64,000 nucleotides of DNA from Octopus vulgaris (lineage: Eukaryota): assembly GCA_951406725.2 (NCBI GenBank), contig OX597825.1, forward strand, positions 9,238,001 through 9,302,000, read 5' to 3'. The position numbers were made by a program, and so were the translations under genes. This document shows, piece by piece, positions 27,071 to 41,886 of this stretch. The notes beneath the pieces are model-generated. The model saw only the letters and a program-made list of their open reading frames with translations, made no database searches and was not told the origin of the DNA. How positions within the stretch are numbered: position 1 is the first letter of the stretch; each line of letters starts with the position of its first letter.

Positions 27071-27912
27071 TGACGATTTTCATTTTGTTATTCATTATCA
27101 TCAAAAACTCTATTTTTATTCTTTTATGTGATTCCCGTCACTATTCCTTTATAACCGATATTTATAATTCTTCGTCATAGCATGAAATCTCCAAAATTGC
27201 CCTCTGGTATATGTAGATCTTTTTATGCGTCATTTTGAAAATTAAAAAAAAAACCGTATTATCTGTTTCAAACAATGCAAAAGCACGACTAGATGATGAT
27301 GATATTATTTAAGCTATACTCAACGATATTCTGAAAACACTCAAACTAAAACATGTCACTTTTTTTTCCTAATTTACAGAAAATGATAAGCTGATCTGCA
27401 AGAAGAAATGTAAATGAACCTAATCATCATTTGAGTGGTAGAAATGTTCCGAGAAACTAGAAGATAAATAGAAGTGGAGAACATCTATAAAAATGAGTTA
27501 GGATGAAAGCAAGTGAGGATAGAGAATGGAAGTGTAAATCGTAGTTGGAAGAGATATATGGAGGGAGAGAATGTCGACTGTAATTAATAGAATGTAGAAT
27601 TGTGAAAAGAAAATCTAAGTTTGTAATAAAGAAGTAAGAAAGATAGCAACTTAAATATTGGGAGAGAAAGAACACTCGACAGATATAATGGAGAAAAGAG
27701 AAGAAAATAGAAGAGAAGGAGATACAAGTGATATGGAAAAAAGCATACTTCAAGAAGATGAAATCACTATGCAAAATAATTTAAAGAAATTGGGGTGCTG
27801 AAAACTGACAAAGAATTATAAATATCGGTTATAAAGGAATAGTGACAGGAATAACATAAAAGAATAAAAATAGAGTTTTTGATGATAAGGAATAACAAAA
27901 TGAAAATCGTCA
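27071..27912. repeat. 107-bp inverted repeat (27071-27177 / 27806-27912), about 630-bp spacer
   Basis: Arms align with 4 mismatches counted by eye. Confidence 0.9.
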
Positions 27913-28148
27913 ATAACAGAGAGAGAGAGAGGGGGGTAGATAAAAAGTGAGAGAAAGAGAGATAGAGGAGAAGAAAGTGTGAACCAAATATAGAGGTAAC
28001 TTCAGAATGGATAAAAGTTGAAAAAGAGAGTCGAGCAAAGATCTAATACATAGACCGGTGCAGTAAATTGTTTATTAAAGAAATTGCTCAAAATAGGAAT
28101 AAAATTTACGCCAATACATCCATCCATCCATCCATATATATTCATTTA

Positions 28149-28189
<41 letters not shown>

Positions 28190-28213
28190 ATATATGTTTA
28201 TTTTAATTTTTAG

Positions 28214-28279
<66 letters not shown>

Positions 28280-30485
28280 GTACATACATATAGAGAGTAA
28301 GAGAGAGATGAATACGTAGATAGAGATATCGGTATATACATATATATGTATGTATAAATATATATACATGTATATATATATGTATGTATGTATGTATATT
28401 TCTCGATGTAAAAGAAGCATATTTAAAAAAAAAAAAAATCTCAAGCATAACAAACATTAATTAACAGATGGGAAGCTATAAGTTCTAGTTGATGTTTTGA
28501 AAATTGCTTGCTGAAAATGATATAAAAAGAAAAAAAGAACGAAAAAGTAGGAAACGCTCGCAATATCAATTTCATTCCATTAGCTCAACTTTATTTAGAA
28601 AATTCAGCTTTCGTAATTATAGCATAATTTCTTTAGAGCTGAGTTTAACCGAGTGCTTTTGGATGATGTTGAAAGTATTGCCTACTGAAAGAGAGTATGT
28701 CTTCAATATGGAAGATAATTTTATGTTATCCTATATTTATTTCGGTTTAATACTGAAATTTATTATATAATTTTCAAGCAAACGGAGATATAATACCGCA
28801 CTCTCCCTACAAATACCATACAAAATTTAAACACTGCGTTGTATCATCACATATATTTGACGATTGAATACAATTTCCTACCTTCAAAAATTTATCAAAC
28901 CATGAAGGTGACATCAGATACGAATGATGAAAAGTAAATGTCAATATAGTAATTTATTGTGAAAAGCGATTATTTAACAGAATCAAGAAGGGTACCTTAC
29001 AGACACTAGTTTTCGCCAGCCTTTTTCTTTTTCTCATTAACCTCCTGTCAGTTCTGCATTGCAATATTTGGATCGTAGACACTTTCATTCCGATTTAATC
29101 GACTTTTCGTCTTCCTTACCAAACAGAAGCGAGTCAGTTTACTTCTGGCCAAAATTTACCTGCCAGATGGCCTGTGAAATGACAAACGGTGGTTATAACA
29201 TTAATCTACTTAATACTACATACCATAATATATGTGCTCGAATGTTACACTTCAAAGAATTTCAACTATGGAACGAAATCGGAAACATAATCTTTAGCAC
29301 AATCACACAAGTTTAAGAGCAGCGTTTATAAACAATTTTTTATTGTAAAAGTAAATCGTTGTCATAATTAAACAATGTTGGTAAATAATAAATTCATGCA
29401 ATACAGAAATATGAAGATTTTATGATTTTATGTGGTTCCCAGTAAACCTCGATATAGCAGTTACTGCGTTTTGCCTTACCTAGTTATAAAGATAGTAGAA
29501 AACAATACACTACCTGACCCTCAAAATGTCTTCTTTTTTATCCTAACGCTAATGGGTTTTCGATATATTATGGTGTACCTTTGCAAAGGGCGTATAAGCT
29601 CTTTATTCGGGTGAATATTTTATGTAAGAAATGTGAAAAATATGTAGACTCTAGAATAGTGAACACTTGTGCGAAGCGGAGAAATTTAATGTCATTCATA
29701 GAAAATAGAAACAGATTATATTACGAAAATATGGAAAGAACAAGATTCCGCATATCACGTATTTTATATATTTATTATAAAATGTTTTTTTTTCCGGAGA
29801 AGCTTTTCTCCATTAATTTTTATAAGTTATTCCCTCTGGTAATATAAATGCAAAACCATTCCACATCGTACATAGAAATGCCATGATTTATTCGTGCCCA
29901 CATTTTTAGACCTCAGTATGAAATTATTTCAAAATGTGGTTTTAGGGGGTAATACGTTTACACATTATGTGTTGTTATTCTGATAAAGATCTATATTTTC
30001 TATCCTGCTTTTGTTTGGGGTCAAATCTTACTATGCTTTCAACTTTTAAGTCATAAAATCGTTCCAAAAGTTATTTGCTGTGAATATATTCATTAGTTAT
30101 TTAATATTCTATTTTCATAACAGTTTTCAAACCGTAACCATTTACAAAGTTGAAACTATTTTCGTTTATTTTCATACGTAAAGATGGAACGATTGATTCA
30201 TACTCTTGAATTAAACCCTGAAGGTTATTCTCGTCACATATATTTTTTTATAATTAATGTTCTAAATTTGTGTTAAGAATTTCTCTTCTATTTTGTTTTC
30301 GGAATTCTTCTCTTTCCGGGAGAAAACTGATATTTGAATAGCGCAAAAGAACGATAAAAAAACATGAAATTGGAAGCTTTAATAACATTAGGAGGAGACA
30401 GTTATATAACAACTAAGAATATAATGTATATCTTTCTCCAAATGTTTTGAATACCATGCGTATGTGTTATATATACATATGTGTG

Positions 30486-30541
<56 letters not shown>

Positions 30542-30566
30542 GGTGTATACATATGTATGTACATTC

Positions 30567-30618
<52 letters not shown>

Positions 30619-30639
30619 TATATATACATACAGACATGC

Positions 30640-30671
<32 letters not shown>

Positions 30672-30709
30672 GCATACAGACAGACAGGCACAGACAGAAA
30701 CAGAGAGAC

Positions 30710-30762
<53 letters not shown>

Positions 30763-31514
30763 ATTACGTATGTGTGTGTTTGCTTGTCTGTATGTATGTG
30801 TTGTATCACACGTTCGTCGTACGATACAACGGGATAATAATAATGTCCTTGCACATCGTTCTACTCAAGATGTTGGTAATAACCGTCGACAATACCCACC
30901 TCTCGGCTTTTACACTGCTCCCAAGGTTCTCAGCGTACGTCCATATATGTTGTGGCACAGTCCATTGGGAACCAAACAATAGGGGTGTTCTACTTCCACA
31001 CAACAGTATGACTATACATATGTATAAAATTCTTAATGATTACATATCAATTTCTCGATGTGTAATTTCATTTGTTATAATTAATGAATTAGCAACTAAG
31101 AAATATTTGTAAATATGTAATCAAGATTACTCAGGTAGTAATTTTATAGGGAAATTCCCATTTCAAATCCCACTGATGTGTTTTTCTTTTATCTTCATTT
31201 GAGGGTTTGGAAAAAATTACTAATATAATGCCATGGATGATTAAGTTGAATTCTTTACGTTCTTACGTGTATGTAATGCATAAAAATATTTCTTGGTGCA
31301 AGTGTATTGGTTCTTTGTCGAACTGAATCAGCGAACTCTTTTTATTAATGTTCTCTGTTGATTACAGTTTCAATTATTCCTTTGCGACGTTCTCTTTTAA
31401 GTTCAGAGTGCTGAATCATCTTTTCCTCCAAGACATTGCGACAAGTCCTCTTCACCTGTTCCGATCTTTACACAGTCTTTATATCTTTTTCTCGGCTTAT
31501 GTTGTGGTTGTTTT

Positions 31515-31717
31515 TCTTTTATTTGTTTCAGTCATTTGACTGGGTCGATGCTGGAGCACCGTCTTTAGTCGAGCAAATCGACCCCAGTACTTAAAGTTTG
31601 TAGACCTAGTAGTATTCTATCCGTCTCTTTTGCCAAACCGCTAAGTTATGGGAATGTAAACACACCAACATCTGTTGTCAAGAATTACTGGGTAGACAAG
31701 CACAGTCACACAAACAT

Positions 31718-31766
<49 letters not shown>

Positions 31767-31917
31767 CACGACGGGCTTCTTTCAGTTTCCGTCTACCAAA
31801 TCCCCTCACAAGGCTTTGGTCGGCCCGATGCTATAGTAGAAGACTCTTTCCCAAGGTGCCGCGCAGTGGGACTGAACCCGGAACCATGTGGTGGGTAAGC
31901 AAGCTCCTAACCAGCCA
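31515..31917 (-). mobile_element. SINE family A copy
   Basis: Full reverse-complement match including the internal (TA)/(CA) tract. Confidence 0.9.
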
Positions 31918-32075
31918 ACAACTCTGTGCCTCTCTCTCTCACTCTCTCTCACTCTCACCCCCTCTTTCTCTCTCTCTCTATTTATATTTTTATATATATA
32001 TATATATGCATGTATGTATATGCAAACACACACACACGCATGGCTTGACTTCTATTTTCCACTTTGCATTACAAA

Positions 32076-32131
<56 letters not shown>

Positions 32132-32899
32132 TTGTGTATGTATGTTTGTATGAATGCACTACAGGTAATCATTCATTATCGTTGATAGAGGAGTACTGAG
32201 CCTTAAGTACGGCCTAGTTTCTAGTTATTAAAAGAAATTCCTATATGTAAATGGTGTAAGATTTATGGTTTTTATTTCAGGTTTATCACGAAGTTATCAA
32301 CAAATATCAACAAACACACGCGCGCGCGCGTGTTGCAACAGGGAGAAGGAGAGTGAAATGCGGTGGGTAAGTTGAGAGGGGAGACTAATTAATAAAGTTT
32401 TCATCGAATATAATTTTGCCAATATTAGTGATCATTTAAAAGCAATCAATTAAATGTTTCAGTTCAAAATTTACTTAAGGTATTTCAGAAGATGATTTCA
32501 TAGAAACGAAATGTAAATAATAATAAAAAAGATTATAAGGGAAGAATTTGATACCTGCACCACACTGACCGTATATTCTCGCTTTCTCTAATATGAACGA
32601 CACCGTATTGATGTCGCATGAATTTATGATGCGATAACGTGCATACAGGTGATTTGGTGTTCTGATAACCTTTGCTGCCTTCATCTTTCCTGCTTACGTT
32701 CGTTTCTGTATGACAAATTGGCGAGCATGATGTCCTATATTTTATTTATTTTTGCCGGTATATGTGTATGTGTGTTTGTGTGTGTATGTGTGTGTATGCG
32801 AATATCTGTGTGTATGAATGCATAATCGTGTGTGGAGGAAGAATAACTCTGAATGAGTAGAGCGTAGTTTTAAGTTAGATATTATCTAAAAGTCGATAT

Positions 32900-33350
32900 C
32901 ATTAAGGTCCACGTGAGAGTATTGAATGATAAGAAAAGGGGAGTCTACCTATGCGCCGACACCAAAGCATAGAGTGAAATTTGAGTAGGAAGTATATCGC
33001 CAGATTAGGTACGGAATAAAGATAAGGTTTGAGGCATTAGTGACCCTAAGAGGAAAAGGATATATTGCTTGCATGGGAGAGGGTGGTAAAGAATATGGGA
33101 TCTAAGTTGGGGAGATGTTTTAGATATTTGAGTGTAGGGAGAATTAATCAGTGGGGATGGGTCTATTTACTTGCATTAATGGAAGTGTATTGAATGATTG
33201 GGCAGGCATAGTTCAAGAAAGTCGCCGGCTAGGGTGCTGGTCAAACGGCTTGCAATTGAGTGAACTGCACCGAAGCTATGAAAGGGCTGGTGGTGTGAAA
33301 ACATGTGTCTTGGAGCGTGTACAAATCCAAGAAAAAGAAGAGTACCGTCT
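32900..33350 (-). mobile_element. Possible LINE APE-endonuclease relic
   Basis: Minus-strand fragments LAGDFLELCLPN and PNLDPIFFTT..S*GH weakly resemble the APE C-terminal motifs (PT...LDL..T...GSDH). Confidence 0.25.
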
Positions 33351-33364
33351 ACTGTGTATGGAAT

Positions 33365-33696
33365 TCCCCTTTAAAGACTCCGCCGGTTACGACGACGAGG
33401 GTCCCAGCTGATATGATCAACGGAACAGCTTGCTCGTGAAATTAACGTGCAAATGGCTGAGCATTCCACAGACACGTGTACCCTTAACGTAGTTCTCGGG
33501 GATAATCAGCGTGACACAGAGAGTGACAAGGCTGACCCTTTGAAATACAAGTACAACTCATTTTTGCCAGCTGAGTGGACTGGAGCAACGTGAAATAAAG
33601 TGTCTTGCTCAAGGACACAACGCGTCGCCGGGAATCGAACTCACAACCTTACGATTATGAGCCGAATGCCCTAACCACTAAGCCACGCGCCCTCAC
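33365..33696 (-). mobile_element. Full-length tRNA-derived SINE family C with 13-14-bp TSD
   Basis: Head GTGAGGGCGCGTGGCTTAGTGGTTAGG ... GAGTTCGATTCCC. TSD (A)CTGTGTATGGAAT at 33351-33364 and 33695-33708. Confidence 0.92.
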
Positions 33697-33835
33697 TGTG
33701 TATGGAATAAGCTGTGTTAGAAGAACAAGGGAAACGTAACAAGAGAAAGCAGCATGTGTGGGACTTTAGTTGTGGTAATATAAATAGTATTATCATAAGT
33801 AGTAGTAGTAGTCGTAATAGTATTAGTATTAGTAT

Positions 33836-33869
<34 letters not shown>

Positions 33870-35152
33870 TGTTGTAGTAGTACATTGGACAAATATGTTT
33901 ATGTATTATATATATATAATATACACACACATATATAGGTATACACATACATTCACATTTATCAGATAATCATATGTATGTGCGTACCATCTCAGACACT
34001 GGAGGACACACACACGCTGTATGTTTGTATGTGGAGAGTTGGGCCAGTCTGTGTCATAAGCAATCTTTGTGTTGTCGAGGATAAATGTCCATCAATTCTA
34101 ACTTCGAACTTATACGTGTCAAACGCAGGTTTTTTTTTATTTATAAGTGAGGAGATATTGTGAGTTTTCTTGTAATTTTCCTAGCGAGATACTTTTGTGA
34201 CATGATAAATAATTCCAACACTCATTTATCATTTCTATCAAAAATTTCCATCAGTATCCAATTATAGAATATGACGTTTTTCTTCTGTGCGTTCTGACAA
34301 TACTTTCAGAAAACAAGAGGCCTGGTTACTGTGGTAGCAATAGAAACGTTTCTTAACGTTAGCCTGTTAAGAGCTGACATCAACAATAGATTATCAAATG
34401 CCAATCATACATCAAAATATCAATAGTAATTTATTATAGGATGATTATGGCATTATAGAGCAGCCATAAAGCTAATCGTACATGTGACCACCTCGAGACA
34501 ACTAATTCTATTCGATAGGAACTTAATGAGATGGTTGCTAGGCATTGCGTTCTTTATATGAAGACCGTAACATAGTTTATACTCTCAGCTTTCGTATTAT
34601 TTTCTAGGATAGAAAAACGAAGAAACAGTCGACATAAAGATATTCTTATTCAATTATATCGAAATATGTTGGAAAGTATCGGAATTTGTTTTTCGAAAGC
34701 TTATTTCAACTAACCTCAACGAAGCAAGTTGAATTATATAAGTCACACAATAATACAATTAGCATTTCTCATACTTGTGAGTAAAATAATAGATTCTTAT
34801 TGTGAGATATATTCCTTTAGAAATCTGATGAGAATGACGTTTTCATTTATAAAAATAATTATCTTGTTAGTTTCATGGTGAGATTGGATCATTCAGATAG
34901 AAGAACAGAAAATAATTAGTGGCAGAAATCATAGAATTTGACGCAACATTTTCATGCATGATAGTTGGACTAAAAAAAACATTGCATATATTAGGAAAAC
35001 ACGCACATGAACACATGTTCATACGCACACGGACATATCAATACGCATACACATACATATATGCGCGTATTTCCAAGAAAAATCGTGTCTATGCATGTGT
35101 CTTTGGATGTATTTACGTGCCGGCATTTCAAATATTATTACCTATATATATG

Positions 35153-35227
<75 letters not shown>

Positions 35228-35524
35228 GGAGGGAGAGAGAGAGAGGGAGATATGTATGTACACAAATATATATACACACATATGTGTATAAATAGACGAA
35301 TGTATAATATATATATATACATATATATATTATGCATATGCATATACATACATGTACACAAACACACACACATGTAAATATATATGAAAGGAAACACATG
35401 CACACACACACACATATATATATATATAAATACATATATATATACTTCTAATATTTATAGACGTACATACACTCACACACGCACGCACACTCACACACTG
35501 ATGTATATATATATATCTATTATT

Positions 35525-35727
35525 GATAGAAATGGTAAGGCAACAAAAGAATGAAAGAGAGCTCGATATTATGTAAATAGAGGAATTTATCTGTAAACAT
35601 AATATGTGACAATTATTCGGTAGCCATGCTAAAACTCCAAGTTTCGGATGTTTGGGTGGACGCCCACGTCGGCATGTTTACAGTTATCGGGCCATCGAAA
35701 AACATGCTATGAAAATGACCGTTAAAA
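35525..35727 (-). mobile_element. Diverged copy of pLTR-like family H3 with an eroded hammerhead
   Basis: Homologous to 53577-53830. Minus strand GATAA-CTGTAAA...CATCC-GAAA-CTTGGAGT-T-TTAGC (35628-35688). Confidence 0.7.
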
Positions 35728-35737
35728 CATATTCAAA

Positions 35738-36134
35738 GAAAGAAAATGGAGAAAAATGCATGTATGAATAATTTATTAGTATGATATAAAGATGTTGATA
35801 GTTTTTAAAGAACATAACAATACAAATAAATTATAAGTTATAAAGCTAAAAAAAACGGGAAATATGAAAGAACCTACATATATGTTTCAGTTCTAGTCCC
35901 TAGTTGATATGCAATTCTAATCATTTGGTTATATGCTAAGAATGGTATCGTTTTTAACTATGTATACATATCATCTAGAGGCTAGAACCGAAACATATAG
36001 GTAGGTTTTTTCGCATCACCCATTATTTTGAGATTTACAACTTATAATTTATGTGTATTGTTATAGTCTTACATCCTTACATTATACAAATAAATTATTC
36101 TTACATCCATTTCCCTCCATTGTCTTTTCCTTCT
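35738..36134. repeat. Diverged ~170-bp fold-back (35738-35911 / 35967-36134)
   Basis: For example AACCTACATATATGTTTCAGTTCTAG versus the reverse complement of CTAGAACCGAAACATATAGGTAGGTT. Confidence 0.8.
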
Positions 36135-36139
36135 AACGC

Positions 36140-36677
36140 GCTTTTAGCATCGGTTTGATTTTTGAAACGCTTCCTCTCGCTGTAAGCCATCAAGGTGCTT
36201 GAAAAAGTGGTAGTCGGTAGGAGAAAGGTCTGGGGAATAAGCTGGGTGGGGAAGAACTTCGTACCCAAGTTCCCTCAACTTCTAGAATGTCATTAATGAA
36301 ACCTGTGTTCAAGCATTGTCATGAAGAACGACTGGTCCTCTTCTGTTGACCAGTCTTGGACGGAGTAGTAGCAGTTTTTCGTTTATTTTGTTAATTTCAT
36401 TGCAATATGTTTCGGCAGTAATGGTTTATTCGGGTTAGAATAAGTTAGAATGGATGAGTCCAATAGTACGCCATAGCCATCTTTTTGAAGAGCACGTGTT
36501 TAGGAAATATTTTCGGTGCTTCATTTTGGTCCAACTATTGCGAAGAACGTTTTTTTTATTATTATACAGAATCCACTTTACATTTTCATCACAAGTTACA
36601 ATACAGTCAGGAAATGGATCGATCTCGTTACGCAGAAGAAGCGACGAGCAAATTTCATATCTGTGCATTTTCTGATC

Positions 36678-36681
<4 letters not shown>
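36140..36681 (-). mobile_element. mariner transposase relic
   Basis: Minus strand RYEICSSLLLRNEIDPFPDCIVTCDE..KWILYNN and PHPAYSPDLSPTDYHFFKHLD. Confidence 0.9.
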
Positions 36682-36744
<63 letters not shown>

Positions 36745-36812
36745 GTATGTATGTATCTGTTTTGTGTGTGTATATATATATACACTTACATACACACATA
36801 CATACATACATA

Positions 36813-37570
36813 GTATGGTAGTAACATTGACCATCAAAGCAGTCTATCATGGACCAACAACCTGATTACTGTCTCCCACTTTGAAGGGTATGTGTTTACA
36901 ATCCAGAAACAGGAAATATCAACCAAATACCTAACACAGAAAATGGACAGAGATACGAGAAAAGCAGTAAAATGTAACAACCGATGCAGACTTTGTGGAG
37001 TGTATACCGAAGATATCACTCACATCATAAGCAGTTATCCGAAAATGTTCTCACGGTATTATCCTCCGATGAGACATGATGCTGCAGCTAGGACACTATA
37101 AACGAGATCCGTCGAAACTATAACCCCGCGATCCAAGAAATAATAAGCCACAGTATGGTGGAAGGCCACTCATAATAAAATGGAGTATTGATGGAATGTT
37201 GCGGTGAAAACGTCACTAAAATGTAAATACCATAGATTTGATACAATGATTTGGGATGAAGAAGAGTAGCTGTACGGTTGTGGAAATTAGCTGTCCAGCA
37301 GATGTTAACATAAAGCTGAAGATCGGGGGAAAAGTGAATACCTATACTGAACTATTGAGAAATCTTCAGTTACTCTATATAGATTCCAAGTTCAGGTTTA
37401 AACCTGTAATTAGTGAGGCATTGGGATATGTAATACACTGCTTAAACACCAATCTTGAGAAATTAGGCTTCTCAAATCCAGAAGGGAGAAAGCTAATTCG
37501 AAGACTACAGGTCCAAGCCATCACTGCAATTGTGAAAATCTGCAAAACGTTCCAGAAATTTATCATTTTA

Positions 37571-37626
<56 letters not shown>

Positions 37627-37813
37627 GAGTATGTGTAGATACGTAAGGACATGCATGAGAATGCATACATAAAACAAAATATACAAATCTGTGCATATAC
37701 ATACATACAAAAGAAGCCGGTTGGTGTTGAAAATCCAGTGAAGAAGCCTTGGATCCTAGGTTCGAAACTGGCTCTTTACTGACAATAAATCTTGAAATAA
37801 AACTGAGTAATGA
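36813..37813 (+). mobile_element. 5'-truncated R4/Dong-type RLE non-LTR retrotransposon (CCHC + restriction-like endonuclease + 3' UTR)
   Basis: HFEGYVFTIQKQEISTKY, CRLC...EDITHIISS...RHDAAA, CTVVEISCPADVNI..K...YTELLRNL, PVISEALG. Bounded by (CATA)n on both sides. Confidence 0.88.
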
Positions 37814-39122
37814 CATACATACATACATATACACAAACAAAATTTTCAACGCATAGATGCGGTGAAGAGAATAGTATTCGAATATTACAGGTAGAGTAAT
37901 GTATAGTCTTTTAGTGAAGCAGAAAAATCATCACAAAAACTTACTCCGGGTTTCACGTCAGTAATCATTAGACAGAAGTGAACTATGCAAACACTACAGT
38001 CACTTCTATATGTTGAAATGATTTTTGTAGGTAAACTATGAAACAAGCATATAAATTCTTTTTGCTTCAAAGACTGTTTAAGTTTGGTATTATTGCTTCA
38101 ACTGCGAATTGATTGAATTCTTTGCACCTTTTTTTCTGTACTTCAACACGCATAGATTCTACATCCTTTTGAAATTGTATGTTGATCAATTTTAACGTGT
38201 CTATAGGTCCGTCTAGTTTTTATTTCCCTTCTCTTCATTACACTCCTACTCACTGTAGCAATTGTTTTATACTACCCCCTAGATTTAAATCACTGTATCT
38301 AATTCCTCTGGCTGATTCATGCCTTCTAACCATTTCTGCCCCCACTTCCTCTCCTATACATATATTAAAACATACATACACACAAACACACAAACACATA
38401 CACACATTCTCCATTATATATGCACATACAGAAACATATTGTATTCACACTATCGGTGTACCTAATGTCATACATCGAAACGAAGCACACCGCTCTCTTC
38501 TTTTGTTGTAACATCACTGTTTCAGTCTTTTGACACGCACAAACACTCTTTCACTCCTTTTTGACTGAAGCATATTTATATACTTGTACTCAATAGACAT
38601 TCACCCTCTTTGCATCTTTTTTCTCTTTTAATGACTTGCGCCCTTTATTTTATTTAAAGTCTTTATTTCTAAAACGATTTTTGTTTGACTTTTTTCCTTT
38701 GCAGCCAATATTTTTACTAATACACTGCACCACTGCAGTTCGACATATTTTATTCTGTTTCTCTGTTTTGTTTCTTTTGCATTTTTTATTTATTTCACGA
38801 ATTTATATTGCTTTTAGTCATCGTACACTCCTCGTATCCAAGAGGGCGTACATTTTGAAATGATATAACATCATGGCCAATCAGCTTCAACTGTTTATTT
38901 GATGATTTAGCAAAATCCTATTACTGCATTATTTACAAAAAATTTAATTTATCTTTTTTCTTATAAGTGTACTTAACTTTGCTGATATATTTTATGAAAC
39001 ACCAACAGCCAGAGAAAATATCTATAAACAAATATAAGCACAGATACACACACACACCTACGCACACACGCACATATATGCATGCATACATACTTACATA
39101 TACACATTCATACATACATAGA

Positions 39123-39471
39123 CTGAAGATCAGTGAAAAAGAGAACACCTACGCTGAACTATTGCGAAATCTGCAGTTACTCTATCCAGATGACGATTTC
39201 AGGTTTATACCTAAATTAATTGCCACCCTGGCATATGTAACGATCTGCCTAAATACCAACCATGAGAAATTAGGCTTTTTAAAACCAAAAAGGAGAAATC
39301 TAATTCAAAGACTACAGATCCAATCCTTCACTGGAACTAAAAATCTGTAAAATTTTCAAGAAGTTATCTTTTAAATATGAGCTTGTCTTGATATGCAACT
39401 ATGTGTATGAGAATGCATACATAACACATACAAACCTGCGCATACATACATACATACATACATACATACAT

Positions 39472-39510
<39 letters not shown>

Positions 39511-39639
39511 TACATAGATACGTGCAAACAAAAATACCGTGTTTTTGGTGTTGAAATTCCAATGAAGGAGCCTTGGATCCAGATTAGAAAACGGTTCTTT
39601 CTCTACTGTAAAAAAATCATGAAATAAACTGAATAATGA
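39123..39639 (+). mobile_element. Second, shorter 3' copy of the same RLE element
   Basis: LKISEKENTYAELLRNLQLLYPD... and the same 3' UTR end (GAAATAAACTGAATAATGA-CATACATA). Preceded by (CATA)n. Confidence 0.88.
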
Positions 39640-39744
39640 CATACATATGTACAAACATACATAATATAAATAGTATATATATCTATATATATATATATAT
39701 ATATATATACATACATACATATATACATACATATATACATACAT

Positions 39745-39841
<97 letters not shown>

Positions 39842-40792
39842 TGTCTATATGCATATGTGGGTACAGGACGTCACCAGCTGTGTAAACATCGTGAAGTACG
39901 AAAACAAACGAGTTAAATACGCAAATAATGGACGGTGGTTAAGGAACATCGAAACAGGAAACGGACTCACGGATTATAACCGCTCGAGAATAAGCTATTA
40001 GAATGTACTTGATAAAGACAAGCATTGATATAACTCACTCAAACTTAGAATCTTAATAAATAACTATGAACGTATAAACAATGTCTTAGGTGAGTGCAGA
40101 AGTGTAGCGTGAAATGAGTATCAGTACACTCAGGACTGGGCGGTAAAACAAAAAAAGCATGAAGGTGTTACTCAAGTTTATATATTCGAAACATTAGAAA
40201 AGTTATAAGGACACAAATCAGTTGCTGAATAATTATTAGAATTTATGGTATTTCCCCATAAATATTGATCATGTTACTGAAATAAGAAGACCAAATGTAA
40301 TCATAGAGAGCAGATATGATCATGGAGAAAAATGAACATAGACTTCGCAATACTATTACATAGTAGAGCGGATATAAATGAAATTGAGAAAATTGAGAAC
40401 GATCTATCCTCTCCTCCAGTGTGGAAGGAAATAGAATTGACACTTCTCTGAAATTTTAAAGAATAGCTCATCAAATGATTACAGAGTAGAAGGAAAGCAA
40501 TGGCATACTGTCCAATTTAGGGTCTAACGTCAAAGTAACACTCTGGCGGTGAAAGCTACGTTATCAGCCTATCAACGACCGAAACTGAGCTGCCAAAATG
40601 ACGTAAAAGTCTTCTAATCTTTCTCAAGCTTTCAGATGTTTGTGTGCAATTATGAAGGCACCCGGCTGCAGAAGGTGATATGGAGATCGTCAAAGACGAG
40701 AGCTGGCGTCTATCTTCATATTGACTACGTATACTTTGTGCTTATTTTGCTCTCCATTTCTTGTGTTCTAAATTTCTGAGGATCCATCTTAT

Positions 40793-40834
<42 letters not shown>

Positions 40835-40950
40835 TATATAGCATTTGTTTACACATATTTCTAACCTCATTCTATGAAACACTTTTACAATATATGCAGT
40901 GTCCTGTAGCCAATAATAAAATAAGTTGTTGTTGTTTTTGTTATTATAAT

Positions 40951-40996
<46 letters not shown>

Positions 40997-41886
40997 GCTG
41001 CTGCTACCACTACAATATTTATTGCTTACAATAGTAATACTAATGCTGTCAGTAAATTTGTATTTCTTGCTTTTATTTTCTTGAAAAAAAGTTTCCAGTT
41101 ATTTTTCTCATTTTCCTCTTCATCCAATCAATGATATTTCTGTTCATATAACATCAGACGATATTTCGATAAAAGAACAAAAACGGGCATTTCTTACTTT
41201 CAATTTCTCATAATCTATTCTGTGTTGCCAAATATGTCCTCCAGGGAGGTGAAGTCAAAATAAGCAGAATCCAAACGATGCTGACAACCACATTATACTT
41301 ATTTCTCAATTGATTAACGCAAAATACGCCAGAAAGTAACACATTTGCTTATATTTCTATGAAATGAGAAGTAGTATATTGAGAAGATTGTGTTACGATT
41401 ACTGCTGCATATTACAGGTACATGTTTGGTTCAAAATGGAGGCAAGAATACGAGAAAGCTACAGAGGTAACACACAAAATAGATTTTAAACCGTGTCCTG
41501 TTATTTCAGCGGCACCTACTATAAATTTACAACAATCTCTCTCGAGCGATTTCACAATATCGAAAGTGAAGCAATCTGTTCGTTGCCTTATAGTACTGAG
41601 CAATTAGTTTATGTTTATTGAATATTACATGGAAAAGCATATAAAAAAAATTGAAGGTTCAGTAAAATTGTATTATATACATATTAGAGGGAAACCACTA
41701 TGTGGACACCCTTATGCTAGAAATAGATCCGATATGGCGCTATGGTATTACCACTAAGAAATGTTCTGAAGAAAAATTTAGCAAACCAACCAAAACGTAA
41801 TCGAACAAGACAAAAGAAAAAGGAATAAAAATATGGATTATTCGCATACATGTTTCACTATTAACACATTGCGTAATTTTACAAGT

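Noticed and set aside
34825-34850. CTGATGA followed by a weak hairpin
   Set aside because: No GAAA or stem III.
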